A DNA stretch of 64,000 nucleotides, from contig CAWHPX010000011.1 of the NCBI GenBank assembly GCA_963831405.1, positions 29,148 to 93,147 on the forward strand, written 5' to 3'. This stretch comes from an uncultured Actinomycetes bacterium (GTDB taxonomy: Bacteria; Actinomycetota; Thermoleophilia; Gaiellales; Gaiellaceae). This document shows positions 8,523-17,395 of this stretch, piece by piece. Within the stretch, counting starts at the first letter, position 1. Each line of letters begins with the position of its first letter. Below the pieces are notes generated by a model that was not told the origin of the DNA, did no database searches, and was given only the letters and a program-made list of their open reading frames with translations. A program made the translations under genes and the position numbers.

Positions 8523-9539
8523 TCAGACGCGGGCCTCGACGGTGTGCTCCTGCACGAACGCCGCGAGCTGCGTCAGGACGCCGGGATCGGTCTGCGGGAG
8601 CACGCCGTGACCGAGGTTGAAGATGTGCCCGTCGTGCCTCTCGGCGCGGGCGAGCACGTCGAGCGCCCCGGCCTCGACGCGCTCCCACGGCCCGAGGAGC
8701 ACGGCCGGGTCGAGGTTGCCCTGCACGGCGCGCGCGACGTCCCAGCCGAGCTCGAGCGGCAGCCGCCAGTCGAGCCCGATCACGTCGCCGCCCGCGCGGG
8801 CGAGCGCGCGCAGCAGCTCCTCCGTCGCGCCGGTGCCGAAGTGGATCGTCGGCGCGTCGACCGCGGCGAGGATCCGCCGGGAGTACGGCGCGACGAACTC
8901 GTCGTAGTCCGCGGCCGAGAGCGCCCCGACCCACGAGTCGAAGACCTGGATCACGTCGGCGCCCGCCTCGACCTGCGCGGCGGCGTACCGCGCAAACTGC
9001 GCCGCGAGCTTGTCGAGCAGCGCATGCCACGCCGCGGGGTCGCTGTACATCAACGCCTTCGTCCGCGCGAAGTCGCGCGACGGCTTGCCCTCGACGAGAT
9101 AGCCCGCGACCGTGAACGGCGCGCCGCAGAAGCCGACGAGCGCCTTCTCGGGGTCGAGCTCGCGGCGGACGAGTCGCACGGCGTCGAGGATGCGCCCGTC
9201 GGGCTCGGTCACGCGCAGCCGGTCGACGTCCGCGCGCGAGGCGACCGGGTGCTCGACCACCGGGCCGACGCCCTCGACGAGGTCGACGCCGATGCCCATC
9301 CCGAGCACCGGGGACATGATGTCGGCGAAGAGCACGGCGGCGTCGACGTCGTGGCGGCGCACCGGCTGCAGCGTCACCTCCGCGCAGAGCTCGGGCGTGC
9401 CGGCGACCTCGAAGAACGAGCGCCCCTTCCGCAGCGCGCGGTACTCCGGCAGCGAGCGCCCCGCCTGGCGCATGAACCACACGGGCGTGCGCTCGACCTG
9501 CTCGCTGCGCGCTGCCCGGACGAGGAGCGGTGCGGTCAC
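8523..9539 (-). CDS. hemE: uroporphyrinogen decarboxylase
   Basis: 338 aa with PVWFMRQAGRSLPEY, FDSWVG and NLGHGV blocks characteristic of HemE. Confidence 0.92.
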   Translation of the reverse strand: MTAPLLVRAARSEQVERTPVWFMRQAGRSLPEYRALRKGRSFFEVAGTPELCAEVTLQPVRRHDVDAAVLFADIMSPVLGMGIGVDLVEGVGPVVEHPVASRADVDRLRVTEPDGRILDAVRLVRRELDPEKALVGFCGAPFTVAGYLVEGKPSRDFARTKALMYSDPAAWHALLDKLAAQFARYAAAQVEAGADVIQVFDSWVGALSAADYDEFVAPYSRRILAAVDAPTIHFGTGATEELLRALARAGGDVIGLDWRLPLELGWDVARAVQGNLDPAVLLGPWERVEAGALDVLARAERHDGHIFNLGHGVLPQTDPGVLTQLAAFVQEHTVEARV

Positions 9540-9544
9540 CGGCC

Positions 9545-9552
9545 TAGACTAG
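9545..9552. promoter_or_regulatory. face-to-face overlapping -10 boxes (TAGACT plus strand / TAGTCT minus strand) in the 20-nt hemE/9560 divergent spacer
   Basis: CTAGACTAG core. The plus-strand hexamer 9545-9550 is 9 nt from ATG 9560. The minus-strand hexamer 9552-9547 is 7 nt from GTG 9539. Confidence 0.35.
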
Positions 9553-9559
9553 TCCGGCC

Positions 9560-10258
9560 ATGAACGCCTCCGGCCCCCTCGTCGCGCGCTGGCTCTCGGT
9601 CCGGCGCGCGCAGGTCGAGGCGGGCACGCTCGTCGGGATCGAGATCGAGGTGGAGAACGCCGGCAGCGCACCGTGGCGCACGCGCGGCGTCGAGGACGGC
9701 CTCTTCCTCTCGTACCACTGGCTCGACGAGCGCGGCAACCCGATCGTCTGGGACGGGCTGCGCACCCCGCTCGAGCACACGGTCGCACCGGGCGAGATCC
9801 TCCGGCAGGCTCTGCCGGTCCGGGCGCCGATACCGCCGGGCCGCTACCGCCTCGCGCTCGACCTCGTCGAGGAGCATCGCTTCTGGCTCGCGGAGCTCGG
9901 CAACCGCCCGTACGACGAGGCGGTCGAGGTCGGCCCGCGCGACGCGAGCGGCGCGCGCGTCTTCGGAGCGGAGCCGGGGCCCGACTGGATCGAGCGTGCG
10001 CGCGAGCTGCACCGCGAGGGGTTCGCGGCCGTCGGCGGCGCGATCGACGCGCGGCGCTTCCCCGACCACGCCCCGGGCGGCGGCCGCCATCCGCGCTTCC
10101 CGCATCCGCTCGTCTGCCCGTCGCTCCTGCCGCCGCTCGAGCCGAACACCGAGGTCGAGGGGCTGCCGGCCTACCGCCCGGAGGGAGACGAGCCGTTCAT
10201 GTTCGACGGGCGGCTCGTGCTCAGACCTCGATCGCGATCTGGTCGTCAACGCTCCTGA
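9560..10258 (+). CDS. hypothetical protein with an Ig-like (NBR1-like) N-terminal domain
   Basis: 232 aa. The N-terminal ~110 aa (VEAGTLVGIEIEVENAGSAPW ... LSYHWLDERGNPIVWDGLRTPL ... PPGRYRLALDLVEE..FW) resemble the beta-sandwich domain often found in bacterial glycan loci. The 3' end overlaps wzm convergently. Confidence 0.6.
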   Translation: MNASGPLVARWLSVRRAQVEAGTLVGIEIEVENAGSAPWRTRGVEDGLFLSYHWLDERGNPIVWDGLRTPLEHTVAPGEILRQALPVRAPIPPGRYRLALDLVEEHRFWLAELGNRPYDEAVEVGPRDASGARVFGAEPGPDWIERARELHREGFAAVGGAIDARRFPDHAPGGGRHPRFPHPLVCPSLLPPLEPNTEVEGLPAYRPEGDEPFMFDGRLVLRPRSRSGRQRS

Positions 10259-11018
10259 AGACGAGCGCGCCGGCGACGAGCGCCACGGCGCACGCGACCA
10301 CGAGGTAGAGCGCGTCGCCCCAGAAGGGCAGCGTCCCCTCGAAGAGCGGCGCCCGCACCGCTTCGACCGCGGGCGCGAGCGGGTTCGCCCAGTGGATGAA
10401 CTGCACGACCGTGTGGTGCCGGTCGAGCGCCGTGCCGGCGAGCGGGTAGAGGATCGGCGTCAGGAAGAACAACGGGACGAGCAACGCGGCGACGATGAAC
10501 TCGACGTCGCGGAACAGCACGTTGAGCGAGGCCAGCACGAGCGCGAAGCCGCACACGAGGCCGACGAAGAGGACGCTGAGCGGAATCGCGAGCCACTCGG
10601 TCGCGCGGACGCGCGAGAGGGCGGCGAAGTTCACGACGAGCAGCAGCGCGAGCATCACGTAGAAGCTGACGAGATGCGCGAAGACGACGGAGAGCGGCAC
10701 GAGCTGCCGGGGAAAGCGCGTCTTGCGGATCAGGTTCGCGTTGTCGAGCATCGAACGCGTCGACGACTGCACGGCCGCGCCGAAGAACGTCCAGAGCGCA
10801 AGCCCGGTGAGGAGGAAGAGCGGGTAGTGGCCGCCGCTTGCAAAAGGCGACTTCCACACGACGCCGAAGACGAGGAGGTAGACGCCCATCAGCATGACCG
10901 GGTTCGCGACCGTCCACAGGACGCCGAGCGCCGAGCCGCGGTACTTCGCCTGCAGGTCGCGCCGGAAGAGGTTGCCGAGCAGCTCGCGGTAGCGGATGAC
11001 GTCGAGATACGTGCTCAT
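10221..11018 (-). CDS. wzm: ABC-2 type polysaccharide exporter permease (Wzm/TagG family)
   Basis: MSTYLDVIRYRELLGNLFRRDLQAKYRGSALGVLW is the classic ABC-2 N-terminus, followed by 6 predicted TM segments. Start at ATG 11018 overlaps the upstream methyltransferase stop (ATGA). Confidence 0.88.
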   Translation of the reverse strand: MSTYLDVIRYRELLGNLFRRDLQAKYRGSALGVLWTVANPVMLMGVYLLVFGVVWKSPFASGGHYPLFLLTGLALWTFFGAAVQSSTRSMLDNANLIRKTRFPRQLVPLSVVFAHLVSFYVMLALLLVVNFAALSRVRATEWLAIPLSVLFVGLVCGFALVLASLNVLFRDVEFIVAALLVPLFFLTPILYPLAGTALDRHHTVVQFIHWANPLAPAVEAVRAPLFEGTLPFWGDALYLVVACAVALVAGALVFRSVDDQIAIEV

Positions 11019-11959
11019 CTGCGGGGGAGCCCGTGCCCACTGCGCCGCCCGTAGATCGACACGCCGGCGTAGCGCCCGATGCTCAGGTGCGAAAGCGTGC
11101 CGAGCGTCATGCCGACCTTCGGCACGCGCGAGAGGAGGTAGCCGAACGGCATCGGCGGCCAGCCGTCGGAGCGCTCCATGCGGCGCACGACGACTCCCGC
11201 ACGCGTGAAGGCGCTGAGATACGACCACACGGTGTGCACGTGCTCGTTGATGCCGAGCTCCTTCTCGCCGGCCTGCTCGGGGTTGTCGGAGCTCCGGCCG
11301 ACGCCGCGCGTTCCCTCGTTCAGTCCGGCGACGACTCCGCCCCGCCGCGTCACGCGCGCCATCTCGCGGACCATCTTCGGCAGGTCGAGAGCGTGGTGCA
11401 GCGTGGCGACGCAGTAGGTGATGTCGAAGGTCGCGTCGGCGAACGGCAGGTTCTCTCCGTCGGCCTGCACTCGCCCGAAGTCGCCGTAGAAGGCGCCGCG
11501 ACCGAGGCCGATCTTCGGATCGACGAGGATGTCGGTCGCCACGTACTCACACTCGCGCTCGAGCCAGAAGCGCGCCGCCCAGGCCTTTGCCGCGCCGACC
11601 TCGAGCACGCGCAGCCCGTGCGCGTCCCTGGCGTAGCGGTCGAGGAGCACCTGGAACGAGTGGCCGTTCGCGAGCCAGTTGGGATCGTTCCAGCCGAGCT
11701 CGCGGTTCACGAAGGGGAGGACGCGGTCGACCGCGTCGTCCGGCTCGTACCACCCCTCGGCCCGCGCCTTCTCGAGCCAGCCTCCGGCCTCGATCAGCTT
11801 CTCGCGGGCCCCGGGCAGCTCCTCGTGGAGCATGAGCGGGATCCCGTCCGGAGAGCGCCCGAAGCGCCGGGAGCAGCCGGTGCACACGAGCCCGTCGCCC
11901 TCCTCGCGGAGCGCGTGCCGGCAGAACGGGCAGCGGAGGATCTCGAGGAGCGGCGGCAC
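11015..11959 (-). CDS. Trm112-like zinc-ribbon + class I SAM-dependent methyltransferase
   Basis: N-terminal CPFC...CTGC ribbon, then a methyltransferase core (LEVGAAKAW, ITYCVATLHH, GGVVAG). Start preferred at GTG 11959 (TAGGTT box 7 nt upstream). The track ORF extends to 12007. Confidence 0.75.
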   Translation of the reverse strand: MPPLLEILRCPFCRHALREEGDGLVCTGCSRRFGRSPDGIPLMLHEELPGAREKLIEAGGWLEKARAEGWYEPDDAVDRVLPFVNRELGWNDPNWLANGHSFQVLLDRYARDAHGLRVLEVGAAKAWAARFWLERECEYVATDILVDPKIGLGRGAFYGDFGRVQADGENLPFADATFDITYCVATLHHALDLPKMVREMARVTRRGGVVAGLNEGTRGVGRSSDNPEQAGEKELGINEHVHTVWSYLSAFTRAGVVVRRMERSDGWPPMPFGYLLSRVPKVGMTLGTLSHLSIGRYAGVSIYGRRSGHGLPRR

Positions 11960-11966
11960 GGGGGAG

Positions 11967-11972
11967 AACCTA
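11967..11972 (-). promoter_or_regulatory. candidate -10 hexamer (TAGGTT on the minus strand) for the leaderless methyltransferase-wzm operon
   Basis: TANNNT lies 7 nt upstream of GTG 11959. Confidence 0.3.
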
Positions 11973-12026
11973 CAGGGCGGGAATCCCGGCCCGTCTCCCC
12001 CAAACACCGCTCTTACAGCACTTCGT

Positions 12027-12032
12027 TAGGCT
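12027..12032 (+). promoter_or_regulatory. candidate -10 hexamer (TAGGCT) for the leaderless WecA-like fusion gene
   Basis: TANNNT lies 6 nt upstream of GTG 12039. Confidence 0.35.
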
Positions 12033-12038
12033 GCGCGC

Positions 12039-13853
12039 GTGACGGTCGCGCTGGCTGCCCTTGCTGCGCTGCCGGCGAGTCTCCTGACGATCCGGGCGCT
12101 CCTGCACACTCCGGCCGCGCTGCAGGTCTCCGCCGCGCCCCGCGCAGACCGCTGGCACACGCGCTCGACCCCGCTCCTCGGCGGAATCGGCATCTTCGCC
12201 GGGCTCCTCGTCGCGGCGGGCGTCGCCCTCGCGGCGGGCCTCATGCCCCTCTCGCGCGAGCTCGGCGGCATCCTCGGCGGCTGCGCGATCCTCTTCGCCG
12301 CCGGCCTCGTCGACGACGTCTTCCGCCTGCCGCCGCTCGCGAAGCTCGCCGCCCAGGGCGCGGCCGCCGCCCTCGTCCTCGTCGCCGGCGTGCGGGTCGA
12401 GATCGTCGGCAACCCCGTCGCGGCGACGGCCATCGGCGTTCTCTGGCTGATCGGGATGACGAACGCCTTCAACCTCCTCGACAACATGGACGGCCTCGCG
12501 GCGACGCTCGCGGCCATCGCGTGCGCGTTCTTCGCCGTCGACGCGTACACGGTGCACCCGAGCCACATGATCGCGGTGCTCGCGCTCGGGATCTGCTTCG
12601 CCTGCCTCGGCTTCCTGCCGTACAACCTGCGGCTCAGCCGTCCTGCCGCGGTCTTCATGGGCGACAGCGGCAGCCAGGTGCTCGGGTTCGCCCTCGCGGC
12701 TCTCGGCCTCGCCTCCAGCTGGGCGGTCGCCGGCTCGACGGCGGCGACGTTCCTGCTGCCCGTGCTCGTCCTCGCCGTGCCGATTCTCGACACCACCCTC
12801 GTGACGGTCGTCCGCCTCCTGGAGGGCCGGCCCGTGACGCGCGGCGGGCGCGACCACACGTCGCACCGGCTCGTCTACCAGGGGCTCTCCGACAAGCGCG
12901 CCGTCGTGCTGCTGGGCGTCGTCTCGGCTGCGCTCGGCCTCACGAGCCTCGCCTACAAGGTGCTCGACGACACCCGCATCACGCTTGCGGGCGTCCTCAT
13001 CACCTTCGCCTTCCTCCTCCAGTTCGGGAGCTACCTCGCCGAGGTCAACCGCCCGCCCGTCGAGGCGGACGCCGGCTCCTTCCTCCGCTCGCTCTTCGTG
13101 CACCGGCGCCGGCTCGTCGAGGTGCTCGTCGACTTCGCGCTCATCGCGGCGTCGTTCACGGTGGCGTACATCATCCGCATCGAGGGCAGGGGCAGCATCT
13201 GGGACCGTCACGTCTTCAACCTGTCGCTGCCGGTGCTCCTCGTCGCGCGGTACCTGTTCTTCGTCGGCTTCGGGCTCTACCGCGGCGTGTGGCGCTATGC
13301 GGGGGCGCGCGACGCCGCGAGCATCTTCTCGGCGGTCGTGCTCTCGGAGTGCGCCGCGTTCGGCTTCATGTCGCTGACGATCTCGTGGCGAGACTTCCCG
13401 CGGGGGACATTCGTCATCGACGCCATGCTCTGCACGATGCTGATCGGCGCTTCGCGCTTCTGGGAGCGCGGCGTCGCACACGCGCTGCGCACGGTCGTCG
13501 ACCGCGGAGGGCAGCAGCGGACGCTGATCGTCGGCGCGGGTAGAAGCGGGCGCAGCCTGCTGCGGGAGCTTCGCGAGACGCAGGGCGTCCGCGTGGTCGG
13601 CTTCGTCGACGACGACCCTGCGTTTCGCCGCCGCCGCATCCAGGGCGTGCCCGTCGTCTCGAGCCTGGACGAGATCGGCTGGACGCTCGGACGGCTGTCG
13701 CCCGACACGGTGCTCGTCACGATTCCGGCGGCGGAGCGCGCACGTCTCGAGGCGGTCATCGAAGCGTGCCGCCGTGCCGACATCGCGTGCCGGTTCGTGC
13801 GCCGCGAGGTCGATCTCGACCCGGGACACATCCTCGGAGCAACGGCCGAGTGA
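12039..13853 (+). CDS. polyprenyl-phosphate N-acetylhexosamine-1-phosphate transferase (WecA/MraY superfamily) fused to a CapD/WbpM-like N-terminal TM + CoA-binding-like module
   Basis: Residues ~1-330 carry NAFNLLDNMDGLA and VFMGDSGSQVLGF (PNPT motifs). Residues ~350-604 carry 4 TM segments, YRGVWRYAGARD, and LIVGAGRSGRSLLREL...VVGFVDDD...VLVTIP, with no SDR catalytic domain after it. Confidence 0.8.
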   Translation: MTVALAALAALPASLLTIRALLHTPAALQVSAAPRADRWHTRSTPLLGGIGIFAGLLVAAGVALAAGLMPLSRELGGILGGCAILFAAGLVDDVFRLPPLAKLAAQGAAAALVLVAGVRVEIVGNPVAATAIGVLWLIGMTNAFNLLDNMDGLAATLAAIACAFFAVDAYTVHPSHMIAVLALGICFACLGFLPYNLRLSRPAAVFMGDSGSQVLGFALAALGLASSWAVAGSTAATFLLPVLVLAVPILDTTLVTVVRLLEGRPVTRGGRDHTSHRLVYQGLSDKRAVVLLGVVSAALGLTSLAYKVLDDTRITLAGVLITFAFLLQFGSYLAEVNRPPVEADAGSFLRSLFVHRRRLVEVLVDFALIAASFTVAYIIRIEGRGSIWDRHVFNLSLPVLLVARYLFFVGFGLYRGVWRYAGARDAASIFSAVVLSECAAFGFMSLTISWRDFPRGTFVIDAMLCTMLIGASRFWERGVAHALRTVVDRGGQQRTLIVGAGRSGRSLLRELRETQGVRVVGFVDDDPAFRRRRIQGVPVVSSLDEIGWTLGRLSPDTVLVTIPAAERARLEAVIEACRRADIACRFVRREVDLDPGHILGATAE

Positions 13854-16067
13854 CCGCAGTGACGACGCGGCGCGTCGACGAGGCGCGGCCGCGGACCACC
13901 ACTACCGACCGGCTGCTCGCGGCCGTGCCGCTCGCGAGCATCTACCTCTGGCTCTCGATCGTCTACTGCGTCGAGGCCTGGAAGCGCACGACGCCGTGGC
14001 TCTTCACCGACGAGCTCGAGATGACGCAGATCTCGCGCGCGATCGCGGCGACCGGCCACGCGGCGCGGCGCGGCGAGCCGTACAAGTTCCGCTCGCTCTA
14101 CACCTACATGATCGCGCCGCTCTGGTGGATCAACGACGTTGCGAATGCCTTCTCGGCGATCAAGTACGTCGACGTCCTCGTCATGACCTCGGTCGTCTTT
14201 CCGACGTACTTCCTCGCCCGCCTGCTCATGCGGCGCGGCTGGGCGCTCTTCGCAGCCGCAGGCGCCGGCGCGCTGCCGTCGCTCGCCTATTCCTCGTGGA
14301 TCGTCGAGGAGACGCTTGCCTACCCGTACGCCGCCCTCTGCTTCTTCCTGATCGTCAAGGCCTTCATCGAGAGGCGCCGCGGGTGGATCGCCGCGGCGAT
14401 CGCGGCGTCGCTCGTCGCGCCGCTCGTGCGCGGCGAGCTCGTCGTCGTCCCGATCGTCCTCCTGATCGCGACGCTCTTCGCGCTGTGGTCGAGCGACTCG
14501 TTCCAGCGGCGGCGCGAGTCGTGGTCCGTCGGCGACTATCTCGGGGTCGTCCTGATCGTGCTCGGGGTCGATCTTCGCGCTGAGCGCGGTCGCGAGCCAC
14601 CACTCGCAGCAGTGGTACGGCGTCACGACGTACTGGAAGCACCGCGCCATCGTTCTCGGCGACTGGGCGGCCGGCGCGCTCGCGATCGGCATGGGCGTGA
14701 TCCCGCTCGTCGTCGGTCTCGCCGCGCTCTTCGCCGCGCGCGGCGAGGAGCGCTCGCGCGAGGTGCGGATGTTCCGGAGCGTCGCCTCGGCCGGCATCAT
14801 CGGCTTCGCGCTCTACACCGGCATGAAGGCGGCGTATCTCCAGTCGTCGTTCGCGACGAGGGTCGAGGAGCGCAACCTGATCTACATCGCGCCGCTCCTC
14901 TTCGTCGGCACGGCGCTCGTCTTCGACCGGCGCCGGGTCAGCCTCCCCGCGCTCGCCCTCGCCGGGGCGTACGGCTTCTACCTCGTCGTCGGCACGCCGT
15001 ACCAGATGGGCGTGCAGCTCTACTCGGACGCGCTCGGCTTCGCGATCCTCGAGCAGGCGAATCGCTTCTACGAGTGGACGCCGTCGGCGGCCCAGTGGCT
15101 TCTGATCGGGATTCTCCTCGGCGGCCTCCTGATCGTCGCCGCGCTGACGACGCCGCGGCTGCGAAGGGTCGCGCTCGCCGCGTCCGCGGTGCTCGCCGTC
15201 GGCATTCTCGCCTGGAACGTGACGGGCGAGATCTCCGCCGCGGCCGGGAACGTGTCGATCGCCCGCGACGCGGGCGGCATCCTGCGCCACCCCTTCACGT
15301 GGGTCGACGACGTCGCGAAGCGCAAGCCGACGCTCTACCTCGCGCAGGGCGTCGCCGATCAGCGCGCCGAGTGGCTGCTCGAGTTCTGGAACCGCTCGCT
15401 CACGTACATCAGCAGCTTCGACGGCACGCTCCTCGGGCCCGGCCCGAGCGGGGCGCCGAACATCACCGCCGACGGCAGGCTCTACTGGACCTCGCGGCCG
15501 GACGACCCCGGGCGCGTGTACGACTACGCGGTCGAGGACGGGCCGTGCGTCGATCTCGCGGGCTCGCTCGCGCAGACGCACAGCTATCAGGGCCCGTCGG
15601 AGAGCGGCCTGCAGGAGTGGCGGCTGATCCGGCTCGCGAAGCCGAACCGGCTCCGTGCGGCCTGCCAGGGCATCTACCCGGACGGCTGGACGGGGCAATA
15701 CGACAGCACGTACTTCCACTTCACGAACGCCGACCGGGGCTGGCTGCGCATCGACATCTCGCGGCAGAACTGGCCGGGCAGCCCGGTTCACATCCAGTTC
15801 GGCGCGATCCGCACGCAGTTCAAGGAGCCGGCGGTCGGCACGATCTTCCGGCAGCTGAAGCTCGACGTGCGGAGCGGGCACCCGAGGGTGGTCTGGCTCC
15901 GCGCGCCCGCCGGGCGGTTCGGCGTCCGCGTCGTCGTCGACAGGAAGTTCGTGCCGCGAGAGGTCAGCCCCGCGCGCTCCTCGGATCCGCGCGTGCTCGG
16001 CGCGCAGGTCGACTACCGGTTCTTCAGGAAGCTGCCGCCCGGCGCGACGCCGCAACAAGGAGGGTGA
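13850..16067 (+). pseudogene. GT-C-like polytopic membrane glycosyltransferase with a C-terminal extracytoplasmic domain (paralogue 1); one apparent +1 frameshift near 14560-14572
   Basis: GTG 13850 overlaps the upstream stop (GTGA). N-part (frame of track ORF 13766): TDELEMTQISRAIA loop motif and multiple TM segments. It continues in the frame of track ORF 14691 (IFALSAVASHHSQQWYG...). The span of 2218 nt is 1 mod 3. Clear paralogue of the C-terminal half of 20409-23747. Confidence 0.75.
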
Positions 16068-16633
16068 ACCGGAACCGGAGCAGGAGCCGTGCGAGCGGCC
16101 CGCTCCGCTCGAGCGCCCGGAGGAGCCGGCAGCGCGCGGGTCTGGGGGACGAAGAAGGGCCTCGTGTCGACCCGGTCGAAGCCGGCGGCTCGCAGGTCTG
16201 CGGTGACGTCCGCGAGCGCGTACTGGCGCGGGTTGAGGTCGAAGACGAGCTTCGTCTGCGTGTAGCCGGCGATCTGCTGCAGCAGCGCGCGGCGGTCGCG
16301 CGCGTAGTAGATCGCGCGGAAGATCGTCGTCGCGTGCACCGGCTCCGGCGGCGCGTAGTCGTTCAGGTCGGCGAGCACGATCTCGCGGCCACGCTGCCGC
16401 CCCGCGGCCACCATCGCCTCGCTCGCGTCGACTCCGACGTAGCGCTGCCCGGGCAGGAAGTCGCCGAGACCGCCGTCGCCGCACGCCAGGTCGAGCACGA
16501 TGTCGCCGCTCGAGAGCTCGGGCCCGAGCGTGCGGACGAGCTCGGCCCGGTGGGCGAGGTAGGCCCGTGCGTCGGCGTACTCCCGGTCGGTCCAGCTGCT
16601 CGCCTTCGCCTCGTACTTCTCCCAGCTCGTCAT
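16013..16633 (-). CDS. class I SAM-dependent methyltransferase
   Basis: MTSWEKYEAKASSW..., then VLDLACGDGGLG (motif I) and VGVDASEAMV. The ATG overlaps the upstream GT2 stop (ATGA). The last ~18 codons overlap the convergent gene and look low-complexity, so the 3' end is uncertain. Confidence 0.7.
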   Translation of the reverse strand: MTSWEKYEAKASSWTDREYADARAYLAHRAELVRTLGPELSSGDIVLDLACGDGGLGDFLPGQRYVGVDASEAMVAAGRQRGREIVLADLNDYAPPEPVHATTIFRAIYYARDRRALLQQIAGYTQTKLVFDLNPRQYALADVTADLRAAGFDRVDTRPFFVPQTRALPAPPGARAERAARTAPAPVPVHPPCCGVAPGGSFLKNR

Positions 16634-17395
16634 CGCAGCGCGAGGATCCGCTCGGGATGCTTGCGGAGGAAGCGCAGCATCGCGCGCGCGTGCCAGAGCG
16701 TGTGCCTCGTGAGGAACTTCTTGTCGATCACGGCGGCGTACTCGTGGTGGACGATCGCCGCCGGGACGTACCACCGTTCCCACCCGGCCTTCGCCGCGCG
16801 GTAGTTCAGGTCGATGTCCTCGCAGTACATGCGGAAGCCGGGGTCCCAGCCGCCGATCTCGTCGAGCATCGTCCGCCGCAAGAGGATGAACGCGCCGAGC
16901 ATCGTGTCGGTCTCGACCGGCTCGCCCGGGTGGTCGTCGAGCAGGTAGTGGCGTCGCTGCCAGCGCAGCGGCGGAAAGAGCAGCCTCAGGGGCGTCCGCC
17001 GTACGAGCGTCGCGCCGACGGTCGGGAAGCTGCGCGCGCGACGCTTGCCAGGTTCCGTCGCTGTACAGCATCTTCGGGCCGACGGCGCCCGCGCGCGGAT
17101 GCGACTCCATGAACCCGCGCAGCACCGCGACGGCCCCGGGCTCCGGCAGCGCGTCCGGGTTCGCGATCAGGACGAGCTCGTGGGCCGTGTGCTCGGCGCC
17201 GAGGTTCGCATTCGCGGCGAACGAGAGCGGCGCGTCGTTCGTGATGACGCGCGCGGAGGGCGGCAGCTCGGCCGGGAGGCTGCCGGGCACGTTCGCGATC
17301 ACGAGCAGCTCGTCGACCTGCGCGGCGAGCGCCGGCAGCGAGTGCGCGAGCTCGGCTGCGTGCCCGTGGGAGATGACGACGGCGCTGACCTTCAC
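16630..17395 (-). pseudogene. GT2 glycosyltransferase (rhamnosyltransferase-like); one apparent +1 frameshift in a GCGCGCGCG tract at about 17029-17046
   Basis: N-part VKVSAVVISHGHAAEL...NDAPLSFAANANLG...LIANPD is in one frame. C-part SFPTVGATLVRRTPLR...GAFILLRRTMLDEIGGWDPGFRMYCEDIDL is in another. The span of 766 nt is 1 mod 3. Confidence 0.75.
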
